Assembly (NCBI GenBank): GCA_038142965.1
Contig: JAYQLC010000005.1
Span: 20,094 to 84,093 of the forward strand
DNA from: Candidatus Arcticimaribacter sp.
GTDB taxonomy: Bacteria > Bacteroidota > Bacteroidia > Flavobacteriales > Flavobacteriaceae
Reading direction: 5' to 3'
Length of the DNA stretch: 64,000 nucleotides
Position numbers and translations under genes: made by a program. The notes under the pieces were generated by a model. It had not been told where the DNA came from. It did not search any database and was given only the letters and a program-made list of their open reading frames with translations. Below, piece after piece: positions 32,954 through 43,623 of the stretch (its first letter is position 1; each line of letters opens with the position of its first letter).

Positions 32954-33738
32954 ATGTACAGGAAAACACTACTCTTCATTTCAATGTTTTTTTGTTTGAG
33001 TTGTATTGGTGTAGATGTAACAGATGATTATGTTGAACCATCAATTCGAATAACCTCGCCGCAAATTATTTCCATTAAAGTTGGACAACAATTTCAATTT
33101 TCTGCAAAATATTTTGATGCCAGTGGCTCTTTAGTTGAGGAACCAAATTTTGAATGGGATGTAATTCCAGAGGATGCAATGTCTATTAATAACAATGGAC
33201 TGGCCATAGCCGAAAAATCTGCGGAAGCTACACTAAGTGTCCATGTTGAAACAACTCTTGGGAATGTGATTTCTGATTCAACTTCTTTTTCAATATTGAC
33301 GCTAATATCAATGATACAACAAACCAAACCGATACTTCAACAGCAACAACAGATGTGTCATCAACTACAACAGAAACTGCTACAACAACTTTTGATAATG
33401 ATACAATTATTTTAGAACCTCAGACTTACTCTGGAGTTATTCAAACCACTTAAAGTTACAAATTAACTGGAAGTTTTAGTTATGAAATTGTCGATGGTCA
33501 ATTAGTACTTTTTTTAGGAGATGATTACGAAGCGTCTACATCATTGCCGGGATTGTATGTTTATCTTTCAAATAATCCGAATTCAACAGCTGAAGCCTAT
33601 GAAATTGGAGCAGTAAATGTATTTAATGGTGCACATTCATACACTCTTCCTGATTCAATAAAAATCAACGACTTTAAATACATTTTATAATGGTGTAAAC
33701 CATTCAATGTAAAGGTTGGAGATGCTACAATATTTTAA
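32954..33738 (+). CDS. Lipoprotein with Ig-like domain, Thr-rich linker and C-terminal DM13-like domain (frameshift near 33298; in-frame TAA at 33451 and 33688)
   Basis: Lipobox CLSC; IKVGQQFQFSAKYFD..W..INNNGLAIA Ig-like segment. In another frame: DTTNQTDTSTATTDVSSTTTETATTT, then LPGLYVYLSNNP...YTLPDSIKINDFKYIL*WCKPFNVKVGDA. Confidence 0.7.
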
Positions 33739-33748
33739 TTCAAACATT

Positions 33749-34600
33749 ATGGGAAAAAAATACTACTGCTTTGGATTCTATTGTTAATAGGAATAAACCT
33801 TGGGATAGCTCAGTGGACTCAAAAAAGGAACGGGTTATTACAAACTTGGTACTTGGTTTTTGGAAGCGGACAAACATTACATAGATCAAGGGTTGACCGA
33901 CCCAAATGCAACGCGTGGAATATTTATTACCAGTTTGTATCTTCGTCATGGAATTACTGATAAAATAACCTTAATCAGCTATATCCCCTATGTACGAGTG
34001 TATCAAAATGAGCAAGTAAATACCTCTGGAATTGGTGGACAACCCGGAGAAGCATTCAACAGTCTTGGTGATATTGACTTAGCGGTTGAATATCAATTAT
34101 TTAAAAAATCAGGCTGGGCAGTTTCAACATCCCTAAGTCTGGGGTTTCCTAGTGGAAATAATTCAGGGGGAAGTGACGGAAGCTATCTAACTGGAGATGG
34201 GGAGTTTAATCAAATCTTGAAAATACTTCTTGGAACCTCATATAAAATTGGTAAACAAAGATTTTATGCTAAAGGATCTTTAGCTTTTAATAATAGAAGC
34301 AATGGGTTTTCTGATCAATATCGTTTAGGTTTTGAGACAGGAACTCAGTTGTTTAAAAATAAGCTTTTATTACTAGCTCGATTAAATACTACACAATCTA
34401 CATACAACGGATCACTTTCTGCCACCAACAGCAATGGTAGTATTTTTGCCAATAATATTGAATTTGTAGGCTATTCTGGAGAAATAAATTACTTTTTAGA
34501 CAAAAAATGGAGTATTTCTATAGGTTACAGTTCCGCCTTTTCTGGTAAAGTAATATACAGCGCACCAGCTTTATCAACTGGTATCGCTCTTAAACTATGA
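33749..34600 (+). CDS. Outer-membrane beta-barrel protein of unknown function (5' frameshifts)
   Basis: Signal peptide from ATG 33749; GITDKIT, LGDIDLAVEYQL and LTGDGE motifs; alternating amphipathic strands. Confidence 0.7.
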
Positions 34601-35848
34601 CCCATATTTACGTTCAGGAGAGAACTTATCAATTGGCATAGATAATTTTTTATTGGAAATTATTTCGGATACTAGTTTGCCAGTAGCTGGCCCTAAACTC
34701 CATCCCATCATGGAGTGGCCTGTGGCTAAAACCAAGTTCGGACAAGAAGAATGTCTTCCGATAAAGGGTAATCCATCTGGAGACAAGGGTCTCAAACCGC
34801 ACTTGGCCTGATTTCTGTCTTTCAAATCAATTTTTAAACCCGAGTAATATTGGGTTGCAGCATGGGCAATTGCATTGACACGATTTTCTCGAATATTGTG
34901 ATTGATTCCCGCTATCTCCATTGTTCCCGCAAAGCGAGTAAACCCTTGCATGGGAGTGACCCCTACCTTAGACTCCATAAGTATGCAGGGTAATGAAATT
35001 CCGGTTTGAGCCTCTACATTTATTCGGTATCCTTTTCCTGCTTGAACAGAAAGCACTATTTTTAAAGGCTTCAAAAGTTCTTCTGTCCAAGCACCTGCCG
35101 CAAAAACTACTTCATCTGCTTCAAAATTTCCACGGTCTGTAACCACAGTAGAAATAAGATCTCCTCGAACTTGAAAGTTTTTTACAGTGGTTTCGGTATG
35201 AATCTCAACTCCACTTTTTAAAGTGTTTTTCTTCAATTGATTCATAAAGACTTCGGGAGTTGAGTGTGCATCACAACGATAATGATAAGCCCCAGCGATA
35301 TTCATTTGAATTCCAGGTTGCAGTCGATTTACCTCTTCTAATCCAAGCAAAGACACATCCAAGCCCAAATCTTGTGCAGCTAGCATTACAGAATATTCGC
35401 TTTTTTCGGCTTTAGAAGTCTTAAAAGCCATCAACACACCACGATCTTCTAGATGAAAATCAAAATCAACAGACGCATGCATTTCATGATACAAGCCTTT
35501 ACTCAGTTCATTGATTTCTTTGATCGCAGCCAAAGATCGTTGAACATGTTTTTTGGAACAGGAACGCATAAATTTCCATCCCCAAGAAATAAGATCGGCA
35601 TCTAATCGAGGTTTAATATAAAAAGGGCTTGAGGAATTTAACATCCATTTCAACCCTTTAGAAATCATTCCTGGAGCAGCAAGAGGAACAATATGACTGG
35701 GTGTTAAATATCCTGCATTGACAAAAGAAGCTCCTTCAGTTATGGTTCCTTTATCCAATAAAGTTACTTCATGTCCTTCTGCTCTCAAATAAAATGCAGT
35801 AGATAAACCTACAATCCCACCACCGATTACAATTACACTCTTTTTCAT
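34595..35848 (-). CDS. D-amino acid dehydrogenase family FAD oxidoreductase, probable D-hydroxyproline dehydrogenase
   Basis: GGGIVG, ASFVNAG, GLRPLSPDGLPFIG and GHSMMGWSLGP motifs; last gene of the Hyp operon. Confidence 0.85.
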   Translation of the reverse strand: MKKSVIVIGGGIVGLSTAFYLRAEGHEVTLLDKGTITEGASFVNAGYLTPSHIVPLAAPGMISKGLKWMLNSSSPFYIKPRLDADLISWGWKFMRSCSKKHVQRSLAAIKEINELSKGLYHEMHASVDFDFHLEDRGVLMAFKTSKAEKSEYSVMLAAQDLGLDVSLLGLEEVNRLQPGIQMNIAGAYHYRCDAHSTPEVFMNQLKKNTLKSGVEIHTETTVKNFQVRGDLISTVVTDRGNFEADEVVFAAGAWTEELLKPLKIVLSVQAGKGYRINVEAQTGISLPCILMESKVGVTPMQGFTRFAGTMEIAGINHNIRENRVNAIAHAATQYYSGLKIDLKDRNQAKCGLRPLSPDGLPFIGRHSSCPNLVLATGHSMMGWSLGPATGKLVSEIISNKKLSMPIDKFSPERKYGS

Positions 35849-35853
35849 ACAAA

Positions 35854-36858
35854 TTAAATAACTTGAAATCCTTCTGCATAGGGATCATCCCTGTCGATAA
35901 TTATGGTATTGTATCCTGTAATTCTTGCACTTCCCTCAATACTAGGAAGAATTGCTTTAAGGTTTCCGATACATGTTTCTTTTTCTACTTTTCCCGTAAA
36001 CTTTGAGCCAATAAAACTTTCATGAATAAAGGTTGACCCGACCTGTAGTTTTTCTTTTACAAACCATTGCGCCATTCGAGCAGACGTTCCAGTACCACAA
36101 GGTGATCGGTCTATGGCCTTGTCTCCATAAAAAACAGCATTTCTGGCTGTTGAACTTGGGTCTAGGGTTTCTCCGGCCCACAAAACATGACTACATCCAT
36201 AAATATTGGGGTCTTCTGGATGAATAAAATCCTGCAATTCATTGACCAAATGCCGTAAGGTTTTACTGTAACTAATCAAATTTGTTGCCGTGTAATTCTC
36301 AACTCCTTTAAAATTTTCTTGTGGATCAACGATTGCATAAAAATTACCACCATAAGCAACATCTACTGTTAATTTTCCGAGATCAGGATGTTCGATCTCT
36401 AGATCAGTAGTATGAAGGAATGAGTCAATGTTTGTAAACTTTACAGCAGTCACTTTTTTACCCTCTTGTTTATAGTCCGCAACAATCAATCCTGCTGGTG
36501 TTTCAACCCGGATTGCACCACTTACTTTGGGAGTAATCAAATTCTCTTCAATTAAAATAGTTATTGCTCCAATTAATCCATGACCGCACATAGGCAAACA
36601 ACCACTGGTTTCAATAAATAAAATCGAAACGTCATTTGAGACATCTATTGGGTCAAAGAAAAAGCTTCCACTCATCATATCGTGTCCCCTTGGTTCAAAC
36701 ATAAGTCCTTTTCTAATCCAATCAAATTCCTTTAAAAAATGAAGTCTTTTTTCCATCATTGTATTTCCCTTTAACTTCAGAATGGGGTCGGTGACTATCC
36801 GAACCGGATTTCCTGCAGTATTGCCATCTATACAAGTAAAATGAATGACTTTACTCAT
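35854..36858 (-). CDS. 4-hydroxyproline 2-epimerase (proline racemase family)
   Basis: EPRGHDMMSGS; catalytic Cys pair in LPMCGHG and DRSPCGTGTSA. Confidence 0.9.
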   Translation of the reverse strand: MSKVIHFTCIDGNTAGNPVRIVTDPILKLKGNTMMEKRLHFLKEFDWIRKGLMFEPRGHDMMSGSFFFDPIDVSNDVSILFIETSGCLPMCGHGLIGAITILIEENLITPKVSGAIRVETPAGLIVADYKQEGKKVTAVKFTNIDSFLHTTDLEIEHPDLGKLTVDVAYGGNFYAIVDPQENFKGVENYTATNLISYSKTLRHLVNELQDFIHPEDPNIYGCSHVLWAGETLDPSSTARNAVFYGDKAIDRSPCGTGTSARMAQWFVKEKLQVGSTFIHESFIGSKFTGKVEKETCIGNLKAILPSIEGSARITGYNTIIIDRDDPYAEGFQVI

Positions 36859-38569
36859 TTATTTTTTGATTTATGTAGGTGTCTATTTCTTGCTCCATAA
36901 GCGGGAGGGTAAGAGTTCCTTTTTGTAATAAAATGTTATGAAATTCTCGAATATCAAAATCTTCTTCAAGGGCTTGTTCTGTTTTCTTTCTGAGTTCCAA
37001 AATCTTCAATTCTCCCACTTTGTATGCCAATGCTTGTCCAGGCCAAGAAATGTAGCGATCGACTTCGGTGTTTATTTCATGAAATGAAAGTGCTGTATTT
37101 GCTGCCATAAAATCAATCGCTTGTTCTTTGGTCCATCCAAAAGCGTGAATTCCAGTGTCTACAACCAAACGACATGCTCTCCACATCGAATAAGTTAACT
37201 GACCAAAACGTTCATATGGAGTTGTATAAATACCCATTTCACCTGCTAAGGATTCGGTGTACAATCCCCAACCCTCACCATAGGCTGATAAATATAAGGA
37301 CTTTCTAAATTCTGGTATGTCATCTGGGAGCTCTGAATTCAAAGCCATTTGTAAATGATGACCCGGTACGGCTTCGTGGGCTGTTAATGCAGGAAGAACA
37401 TAAAGAGGTCGGCTTGGTAAATTGTATGTATTGACCCAATAATATCCGGGATTTGTACTCTCTGGTTGTGTAGGAATGTAACGCCCACCTGTGTACTTTG
37501 GGGCAATTGCATCTGGCACAGCAGCTACACCATAGGGCGTTCTGGGCAGCAGCTTAAAGAATTTTGGTAATTGTTCATCGAGTCGTTTTGAAATATCACG
37601 AGCACGCATCAAAAGTTCATCTGCTGTTTTAGCATAGAACTGTTGGTCAGTTCTTAAAAATGTGAAAAAGTCTTCAAAACTTCCCTCAAAACCAACCTCA
37701 TCAATTATCGATTCCATTACATCTTTTATTTTTTTCACCTCTATCAACCCCAATTGATGAACTTCATCGGCAGTCATTTCTAAAGTAGTGTAATAAGCAA
37801 TTCGATTGTTGTAAAAAGAGGTTCCATTTGGTGTTTGATTTACGCCTATGGATTTGCGAGTTTGCGGATAATACTCTTTTTCAAAAAAAGTCTTGATTTT
37901 TTTAAAAGAAGGAATAACATTTTTTTGAACTGAATTTTGAGCAGCGGTTAAAATAGAATCCTTTTCTTTAACTGATAATTGCTCGGGTAATTCATTGAAA
38001 GGAGAAAAATAAAAATTATCAGCAAAAGAATCGGTAATATGTCTGTTGTAACTGCTCTCATATCCCTCAAAAATAACCAGTGGCTGAGACACTCCTTCTT
38101 CAATTCCTTTTCTCAATAAGTTTAGATTTTGATCTACATACAAGGGAATCGATTCAAGCATTTCGAGATAATTGATCGCTTGTTTTTTTGTTGTCAGGGG
38201 TCGCACACGATAAACCAAGTTATTGTGAAATCCTGCATCAGACAGAAGAGGATTCAAATGAGTTTTAAATTCAAAATTTGCAAGATGATCGTTTAACAAA
38301 AATTTTAAAAGTTCAAGAGATACAAAATCAGTTGCTGATAAATTTTCAATGGGAATTTTTTCTGTCTTGTCGAGTAAAGATTTATGAAAATCATAATCTG
38401 CTTGATGACGCTCTTCGGAGTGATCACCAAGCGGGAAATCGTCCGAGTCATAAGACTCATAGTTTTCGTATTGGTTTATCAGATCTTGAAGTGGTTTTGA
38501 ATCGTCAAAAGGAGATGAACATCTACAGGCTAAAACAAAAATCAGAACATATTTTAGAGCGATTTTCAT
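36851..38569 (-). CDS. DUF885 family lipoprotein (metallopeptidase-like)
   Basis: Cys-containing signal peptide (LACRCSS); HEAVPGHHLQ, YGEGWGLYTE, RACRLVVDTGIH, EVDRYISWPGQALAYKVG and FDIREFH motifs. Confidence 0.9.
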   Translation of the reverse strand: MKIALKYVLIFVLACRCSSPFDDSKPLQDLINQYENYESYDSDDFPLGDHSEERHQADYDFHKSLLDKTEKIPIENLSATDFVSLELLKFLLNDHLANFEFKTHLNPLLSDAGFHNNLVYRVRPLTTKKQAINYLEMLESIPLYVDQNLNLLRKGIEEGVSQPLVIFEGYESSYNRHITDSFADNFYFSPFNELPEQLSVKEKDSILTAAQNSVQKNVIPSFKKIKTFFEKEYYPQTRKSIGVNQTPNGTSFYNNRIAYYTTLEMTADEVHQLGLIEVKKIKDVMESIIDEVGFEGSFEDFFTFLRTDQQFYAKTADELLMRARDISKRLDEQLPKFFKLLPRTPYGVAAVPDAIAPKYTGGRYIPTQPESTNPGYYWVNTYNLPSRPLYVLPALTAHEAVPGHHLQMALNSELPDDIPEFRKSLYLSAYGEGWGLYTESLAGEMGIYTTPYERFGQLTYSMWRACRLVVDTGIHAFGWTKEQAIDFMAANTALSFHEINTEVDRYISWPGQALAYKVGELKILELRKKTEQALEEDFDIREFHNILLQKGTLTLPLMEQEIDTYINQKINE

Positions 38570-40106
38570 ACGACAGCTTTTGTTATATTATTGTTTAAAG
38601 TACGAAAAATTTGAAGTGGATTATCATCTTTCAATGCTTCGGGTAAAAAGTCGTTTGGACAATCTTGAAAACAAATAGGTCTCAACCACCGTTCGATAGA
38701 TAAGGTTCCTACGGAGGTAAAACGAGTATCCGTTGATGCTGGAAATGGCCCCCATGATTCATAGAAGCACAAACTGCAACACCAGTAGGTACGCCATCAA
38801 AAAGAATACGACCCACTTTTTGTTGCAAGTTTCCTATTAATGTTTTATTGTTTTCTAAGTCCGTTTTAGTTCCCAAAACTGTAGCGGTTAGTTGTCCTGG
38901 AAGTGTCTTTATCAATTGAGAAATTACTGCTGTACTTGAACTGTGTACAACCAAACTAAAAGGGCCAAAAACTTCTTCTAAAAGTTCTGGTTTATCCAAA
39001 ATACTTTCCGCAGAAATTACCCCTACAGCTGGGCTATTATCTGCTTGTGATTTTCTATGCAACGTAACTCCTTGGCTTTCTATTTGTTGAATTTGCTTCT
39101 GATAATTCTCACTTATCTTTGGATGAACCATATTATTTGCTTCTCCAAAATTCTGCACCAATTGATCAACAAATGAATTTGGCTCGTTTCCACATATTAA
39201 AATCAGTCCAGGGTTAGTACAAAACTGTCCAGTCCCCAACTGAATAGAGTTTGATATTTGAGTTGGTATTTCAGAATCAGATATTGAGCGTTCAGGTAAA
39301 ATGAGTACCGGGTTTATGCTCCCCATTTCAGCAAAAACAGGAATGGGTTCTTTTTCTTTTTGAGCAATATCGTAAAGGGCTTTCCCAGCTTTGAAGCTGC
39401 CAGTAAAACCTACTCCTTTAACTTTAGGGTGTTCAACTAAAGTAGATCCTACTTCAATTTTTTCTCCATGTAAATGTGCAAAAATTCCTTGAGGCAAATT
39501 ACACTTGTCAATTGCCTGTATTACCGCTCGAGCAACCAACTCGCTGGTTCCTGCATGATAAGGATGCCCCTTAAGAATGACTGGACAACCTGCAGCAAGC
39601 GCGGAAATTGTATCTCCACCTGCTGTTGAGAATGCCAACGGAAAATTACTCGCTCCAAAAACAACTATGGAACCGATAGGATAGTACATTTTTCTCAAAT
39701 CAGGAATTCCCTCAATCCCAACATCCAAGATTGCATTTACATATGAGCCCTCATTCAATAAGTCTACAAAACTCTGAATCTGTCCCAACGTTCTCGAAAA
39801 CTCTCCCTCGGCTCTTCCATTAGGGTAACCCGATTCCAGTTGATATTGTTTTAAAATCGACTCTTTGTCTTGTTCTAATTCAATTTTAATTTGAGCTAAA
39901 AAAGCAGCTCTTGTAGCTACTGAAGTGTTGGAGTATATATCAAATACACGATCAGCAAGTTCACAAGCTTCTGTTACAATTTCAATAGAAGCGTTTTCAT
40001 AAAGGTTTGAAAGCGCTGTTTTATCCTTTGCATTAAAAGTTTTAAAAGTAATTGGGTTTAGACAATCTACTTCTTTCCCATTGACTAGATTTTTACCTTT
40101 GATCAT
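38566..40106 (-). CDS. Alpha-ketoglutaric semialdehyde dehydrogenase (NADP+ ALDH); frameshift near 38750
   Basis: VFGASNFPLAFSTAGGDT, FTGS, EMGSINP, GQFCTNPG, EEVFGP and TSVGT..IERWLRP motifs. Confidence 0.9.
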
Positions 40107-41023
40107 AAAAACATTTTATAATTTCCTAAGTCTGGACGAGTAGCCAGAGAATCATCGATAATTCTCTGAACTCGAATCCGTTCACTCCCTTTCAGTTCAA
40201 TTCGAGGTTTTCGAACATGTCCTGTTCCAATACCCGTTGCAACTTCACATTGCTTGATGTTCTGAACCAATTGAGGAGATATGTCCAACTCCAGAAGCGG
40301 TAAAAACCATCTATAAATTGCCAACGCCTCATCAATTTTTTTTGCCTTTGTGTAAGCAAATATTGCAACCGTTTCTTTGGGGAAAGCATCAACTAAACCA
40401 GCTACCCATCCATTTGCACCCATCACTAAACTTTCCATCGCAAGTGTATCCACACCACAGAGAATTTTGTATCTGCGTCCAAAACGATTGATCATTCGTG
40501 TAACATTGGATATGTCTCGTGTAGATTCTTTTACAGCTTGTATATTACTGAATTGCTGCAATTGATCAAACATATCCAAGGTAACTTCAATTTTATAATC
40601 CACCGGGTTATTGTAAATCATTATTGGAAGCTTAGTAGCTTGTGCAACTGAGGCAAAATACTGAACAGTCTCGCTGTCTGTTGCTTTGTAGCGCATTGGT
40701 GGTAACAACATTAAACCATCTGCTCCATTTGCCTCTGCAGCCTGTGCTACTTCAATTGCATCTTGAGTAGATTGTTCTGCAATATTGATAATTATTGGAA
40801 TTTTTTCTGAAATAATTTCTTGAGATTTTTTGAGTAATTGGAGTTTCTCTTCTGCTTTAAGCGTGCTTGCCTCACCGAGTGTTCCTCCTAGAATAATTCC
40901 ATGAACACCTGCATCAATTTGAGCCCTGAGGTTGATCTCAAAGGCTTTGAGGTTTAAATTTCCTGAGGCGTCAAATTGAGTAGTTAAGGCGGGCATAACT
41001 CCTTCCCAGTTAAAATTTATCAT
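40103..41023 (-). CDS. DHDPS-family 1-pyrroline-4-hydroxy-2-carboxylate deaminase
   Basis: WEGVMPALTT, GTLGEAS, MIYNNP and AVKES motifs. GTLGE replaces the DapA GTTGE, and the operon context fits. Confidence 0.85.
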   Translation of the reverse strand: MINFNWEGVMPALTTQFDASGNLNLKAFEINLRAQIDAGVHGIILGGTLGEASTLKAEEKLQLLKKSQEIISEKIPIIINIAEQSTQDAIEVAQAAEANGADGLMLLPPMRYKATDSETVQYFASVAQATKLPIMIYNNPVDYKIEVTLDMFDQLQQFSNIQAVKESTRDISNVTRMINRFGRRYKILCGVDTLAMESLVMGANGWVAGLVDAFPKETVAIFAYTKAKKIDEALAIYRWFLPLLELDISPQLVQNIKQCEVATGIGTGHVRKPRIELKGSERIRVQRIIDDSLATRPDLGNYKMFL

Positions 41024-41044
41024 TTCCTTTTTGCTTTTATGATT

Positions 41045-41052
41045 CAAATATA
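41045..41052 (-). promoter_or_regulatory. -7 promoter element of the hydroxyproline operon
   Basis: TATATTTG on the minus strand, 21 bp upstream of ATG 41023. Confidence 0.55.
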
Positions 41053-41257
41053 TGAAATCAAAATAGGTGCATTTTGTCTTCAGGAAACAATATTTAAATA
41101 AAGACGTTAAGTATCCTATTTTAAATACTACATTAGTAAAACAAATTGAAACCCTATTTGATTGTGTATTTGAACAAAACTAAATCCCAGATTCTGTGGA
41201 TTTTAAAAAAAAAAATTATTTAACTTTATGATTCTCAAATCTCCTCAATAAGATCTC

Positions 41258-41733
41258 ATGGAATTTGCAAAATTTAAAAGTTCGTTAGGTACCATAGAGA
41301 TTATGGGAGATGATGAGGGTGTTCAATCTATTAAAGTTTTCCCAGATGAAATCTTTGAAGAAACTACAATCCCATGTTTGCTTCAGGAGAGTGTAAAACA
41401 AATTAAGGAGTACATTGAAAAAGTCGAACCCAGTTTACATTTTTGATGAATCCAAAAGGAACCGAATTTCAACTTAAAGTATGGGACATCCTAAAGACAA
41501 TTCCTAATGGGGAAACAATGTCATATCTCAAAGTTTCCGAAATTTACGGAAATCCCAAGGCGGTAAGAGCTGTTGGGGCTGCTATCGGGAAAAACCCTAT
41601 CTTAGTAGCTATACCTTGTCATCGAGTTATTGGAAGTAATGGAAATCTGGTTGGCTTTGCCTCTGGCTTAGATAAAAAAAAATGGCTTCTCCAAAAGGAA
41701 GGCTTTGGGGTTCAAAAAGAGTTTGATTTTTAG
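41258..41733 (+). CDS. ogt: Methylated-DNA--protein-cysteine methyltransferase (frameshift near 41420)
   Basis: GTEFQLKVW, RAVGAA and IPCHRVIG motifs. Confidence 0.92.
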
Positions 41734-41770
41734 TAATCATCTCATTTTTAATATACTAAATTTTACACTT

Positions 41771-42924
41771 ATGAAAAAAGTATTGAAAATTGTGTTTGGC
41801 GTTCTTATTGCATTGTATGCACTACTTTACATCAGTTCATACAATTATGTAATTCCTGGATTAATAAAAATTTATGGTACAGGTCATACTACAGCTTTTT
41901 TGCACGACTATGAAGTTTTTGATAACCGAACTGTAGAGGCTTCCGATAAGCCCCAAAAGTGGCCTGTTCACAAAAAATACAATACTATTGAACCCACAGA
42001 TCGATTAATGAAAGCTCATAAAGAGTATAAAACTGTAGCTTATCTAATCATCAAAAACGATAGTATTTTCCATGAAAAGTATTACAACGGATATTCGGAT
42101 ACCTCCAAAAGTAATTCTTTTTCCATGGCCAAAAGCATGGTGACTGGTATGCTAGGGAAAGCAATTGAAGATGGAAAAATCGAAAGCATCGATCAAAAAG
42201 TAGGATATTTTTTTGAAGAATTTAATGACGGTAATGCAGCTGATTTGACTGTGGGTGACCTAGCAAGTATGGCTTCGGGCCTTGACTGGGTTGAAGAATA
42301 TTACAACCCCTGAACATTACAACCCAGTCCTATTTTACAGATGATTTACAAAGTCTACTGCGAAACAGAAAAATAACAGGAACACCCGGTCAAGAATATT
42401 CATATCTTAGTGGTAACACACAGTTACTCGGAATGATTATCCAAAAAGCTGTAGGGTCTAACCTAAGTGATTATTTTTCGGAAAACTTTTGGAAGCCCAT
42501 GGGAGCAAAAGAAAATGCACTTTGGCAAATTGATAGCAAAAAAAATGGAATGGAAAAAGCATTTTGTTGTTTTGCTTCAAATGCGAAAGACTTTGCGCGA
42601 TTTGGAAAACTTTACAAGGATCATGGAAAATGGAATGGAAAAAAATTAATTGATTCCACTTTTGTGGCTTTAAGTGTTCGCCCTCGATTTAAAAATAGTC
42701 CTGAATACGGATACGGGTGGTGGCTTTCTGAAATTGATGAAAAACCTCTTTTTGCTATGCGTGGTCACCTAGGGCAATACGTTATTGTAATCCCTGAAGA
42801 TGATATGATTGTCGTTCGCTTGGGTCACCTTACTGGAAAACCCAATGAAACTGAATTCCCTGAGGTATTCCACCTCTACATTGAAGAAGCTTACAAAATG
42901 CTTGAAAATGCTGCAAAAAGTTGA
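41771..42924 (+). CDS. Serine hydrolase, beta-lactamase class C-like (frameshift near 42310)
   Basis: N-terminal TM segment; SFSMAKS (SxxK); YLSGNT; DFARFG; MRGHLGQY. Confidence 0.88.
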
Positions 42925-43623
42925 TTTAACAAAGGTGTTATTTTTAGACATTGAAACTGTTCCAGAGGAAGAAAATTTTGATCAACTTAGCAATTATCGA
43001 AAAGAACTTTGGGCTCAAAAATCTGCCTACCAAAGGAAAGAGGAAGAAACTCCAGAAACTTTCTATAGAAAAGCTGGAATCTGGGCAGAGTTTGGAAAAA
43101 TAATTTGTATTTCCGTTGGGTATTTTATAGTTAAAAAAATCTTCGAAACTTTAGAATTAAAACTTTTTTTGGAGAAGAAAAGCAATTGCTTCTTGATTTT
43201 AAAGCATTATTAGATAATCATTTTAACCTTCAAAATCACATTCTTTGTGCTCATAACGGGAAAGAATTTGATTTTCCATTTATCGCAAGACGCATGATTA
43301 TTCACAGCATAGATTTACCAAAAAGTTTAAATCTTTTTGGAAAAAAACCTTGGGAAATTCCTCACCTTGACACCATGCATTTGTGGCGTTTTGGCGACTT
43401 TAAACACTACACCTCTCTAAAGCTTTTAGCAGAGATTCTGGGAATTTCCTCACCAAAAGATGATATTGACGGAAGCGAAGTTGCTCATGTATTTTATGTA
43501 GATAAAAACATAGATCGGATTGTTACATACTGTGAAAAAGATGTAGTAACAATTGCACAAGTTATTCTGCGATTCAAAAATGAACCTTTACTAGAATCTG
43601 ACGAAATCATATGGCTAAACTAA
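42908..43623 (+). CDS. PolB-like stand-alone 3'-5' exonuclease (frameshift near 43130-43170)
   Basis: FLDIETVP, AHNGKEFDFP and YCEKDV DEDD-type motifs. Confidence 0.88.

Noticed and set aside
33451-33690. Stop-codon reassignment (TAA read-through)
   Set aside because: The two TAA positions appear to correspond to different residues (Ser and Tyr), and TAA is the normal stop throughout the window.
40103-41023. dapA (lysine biosynthesis)
   Set aside because: The GTLGE motif and coupling to KGSA dehydrogenase and Hyp epimerase indicate the hydroxyproline-pathway deaminase.
41060-41160. AAATAGG / CCTATTT repeats upstream of the hydroxyproline operon as an operator
   Set aside because: Short, AT-rich and irregularly spaced, with no regulator gene nearby; cannot be distinguished from chance without comparative data.
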